Part shown: in pieces, positions 50,342 through 50,703 of the stretch | Layout: each line of letters begins with the position of its first letter | Position numbering within the stretch: the first letter of the stretch is position 1 | NCBI GenBank assembly: GCA_017397025.1 | Contig: JAFQKG010000131.1 | Coordinates: 1 to 50,703, forward strand | Direction of reading: 5' to 3' | Source of the DNA: Erysipelotrichaceae bacterium | GTDB lineage: Bacteria; Bacillota_I; Bacilli_A; Erysipelotrichales; Erysipelotrichaceae | Length of the DNA: 50,703 nt | Position numbers and translations under genes: made by a program | The notes under the pieces: model-generated | The model's input: the letters and a program-made list of their open reading frames with translations, nothing else | Told to the model about the DNA's origin: nothing | Databases searched by the model: none

Positions 50342-50703
50342 ATGTGGATTTACGAAAAGAAACTTCAGTTTCCAGTGAACATCACAAAGCGTGATCCTGC
50401 AATGGCAAAGGTGATTATCTCTCAGTTAGGAGGACCAGATGGTGAACTGGGCGCATCCAATCGCTATCTTCATCAGCGATACGCTATGCCATATGATGAG
50501 ATTAAAGCCCTTCTTACCGATATTGGTACAGAAGAAATGGCACACGCAGAAATCATTGCCGCTATGCTTCATCAGCTGACGGATGGTTCCTCAGCGAAAG
50601 AACTTAAAGAAGCAGGCATGGATGCCTACTACACAGATCACACAACAGGTATCTGGCCTCAATCTGCAGGCGGAATTCCATTTGATGCACTCACCTTCCA
50701 ATC
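50342..50703 (+). CDS. cotJC: Spore coat protein CotJC (manganese-catalase family), 3'-truncated by the window edge
   Basis: MWIYEKKLQFPVNI...GGPDGELGASNRYLHQRY...GTEEMAHAEIIAAML matches the ferritin-like Mn-catalase/CotJC N-terminus. The ORF runs off the window. Confidence 0.9.
   Translation, partial: MWIYEKKLQFPVNITKRDPAMAKVIISQLGGPDGELGASNRYLHQRYAMPYDEIKALLTDIGTEEMAHAEIIAAMLHQLTDGSSAKELKEAGMDAYYTDHTTGIWPQSAGGIPFDALTFQ

Overview
This is a chromosomal core segment from a low-GC, probably spore-forming Firmicute (Bacillota). I cannot place it more precisely from sequence alone. About 45 of roughly 52 genes lie on the minus strand, which is the co-orientation expected on one replichore. The window holds the universal rpmG-secE-nusG / rplK-rplA / rplJ-rplL-ybxB-rpoB-rpoC supercluster, but two co-directional insertions of metabolic or accessory genes split it. 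It also holds an FbpABC/ThiBPQ-type ABC importer, dapF, an M32 carboxypeptidase, ispF, cca, mutL-miaA-tcdA, malQ, hflX, rapZ-yvcK-whiA, and the start of a cotJABC spore-coat operon. The accessory-looking parts are:
- a self-contained lipoprotein barnase/barstar cassette next to two tandem adenosine deaminase paralogs and a MATE exporter;
- an orphan 3-TM protein translationally coupled to a signal-less CE2-like SGNH esterase;
- a membrane-anchored GNAT coupled to a DUF402 protein, directly upstream of rplK;
- a small-TM / standalone DUF2156 / Eis-like GNAT trio with overlapping reading frames, appended to whiA.
I saw no tRNA, rRNA, CRISPR array, IS element or integrase. I refined several start codons by hand from RBS context (GTG starts for rplK, rpmG, mutL and hflX). 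rpmG was below the ORF-track size cutoff and was found by manual translation. Product calls rest on motifs I recognise by eye, and no database search was run. The candidate novel systems are hypotheses based on gene organisation, not demonstrated functions.
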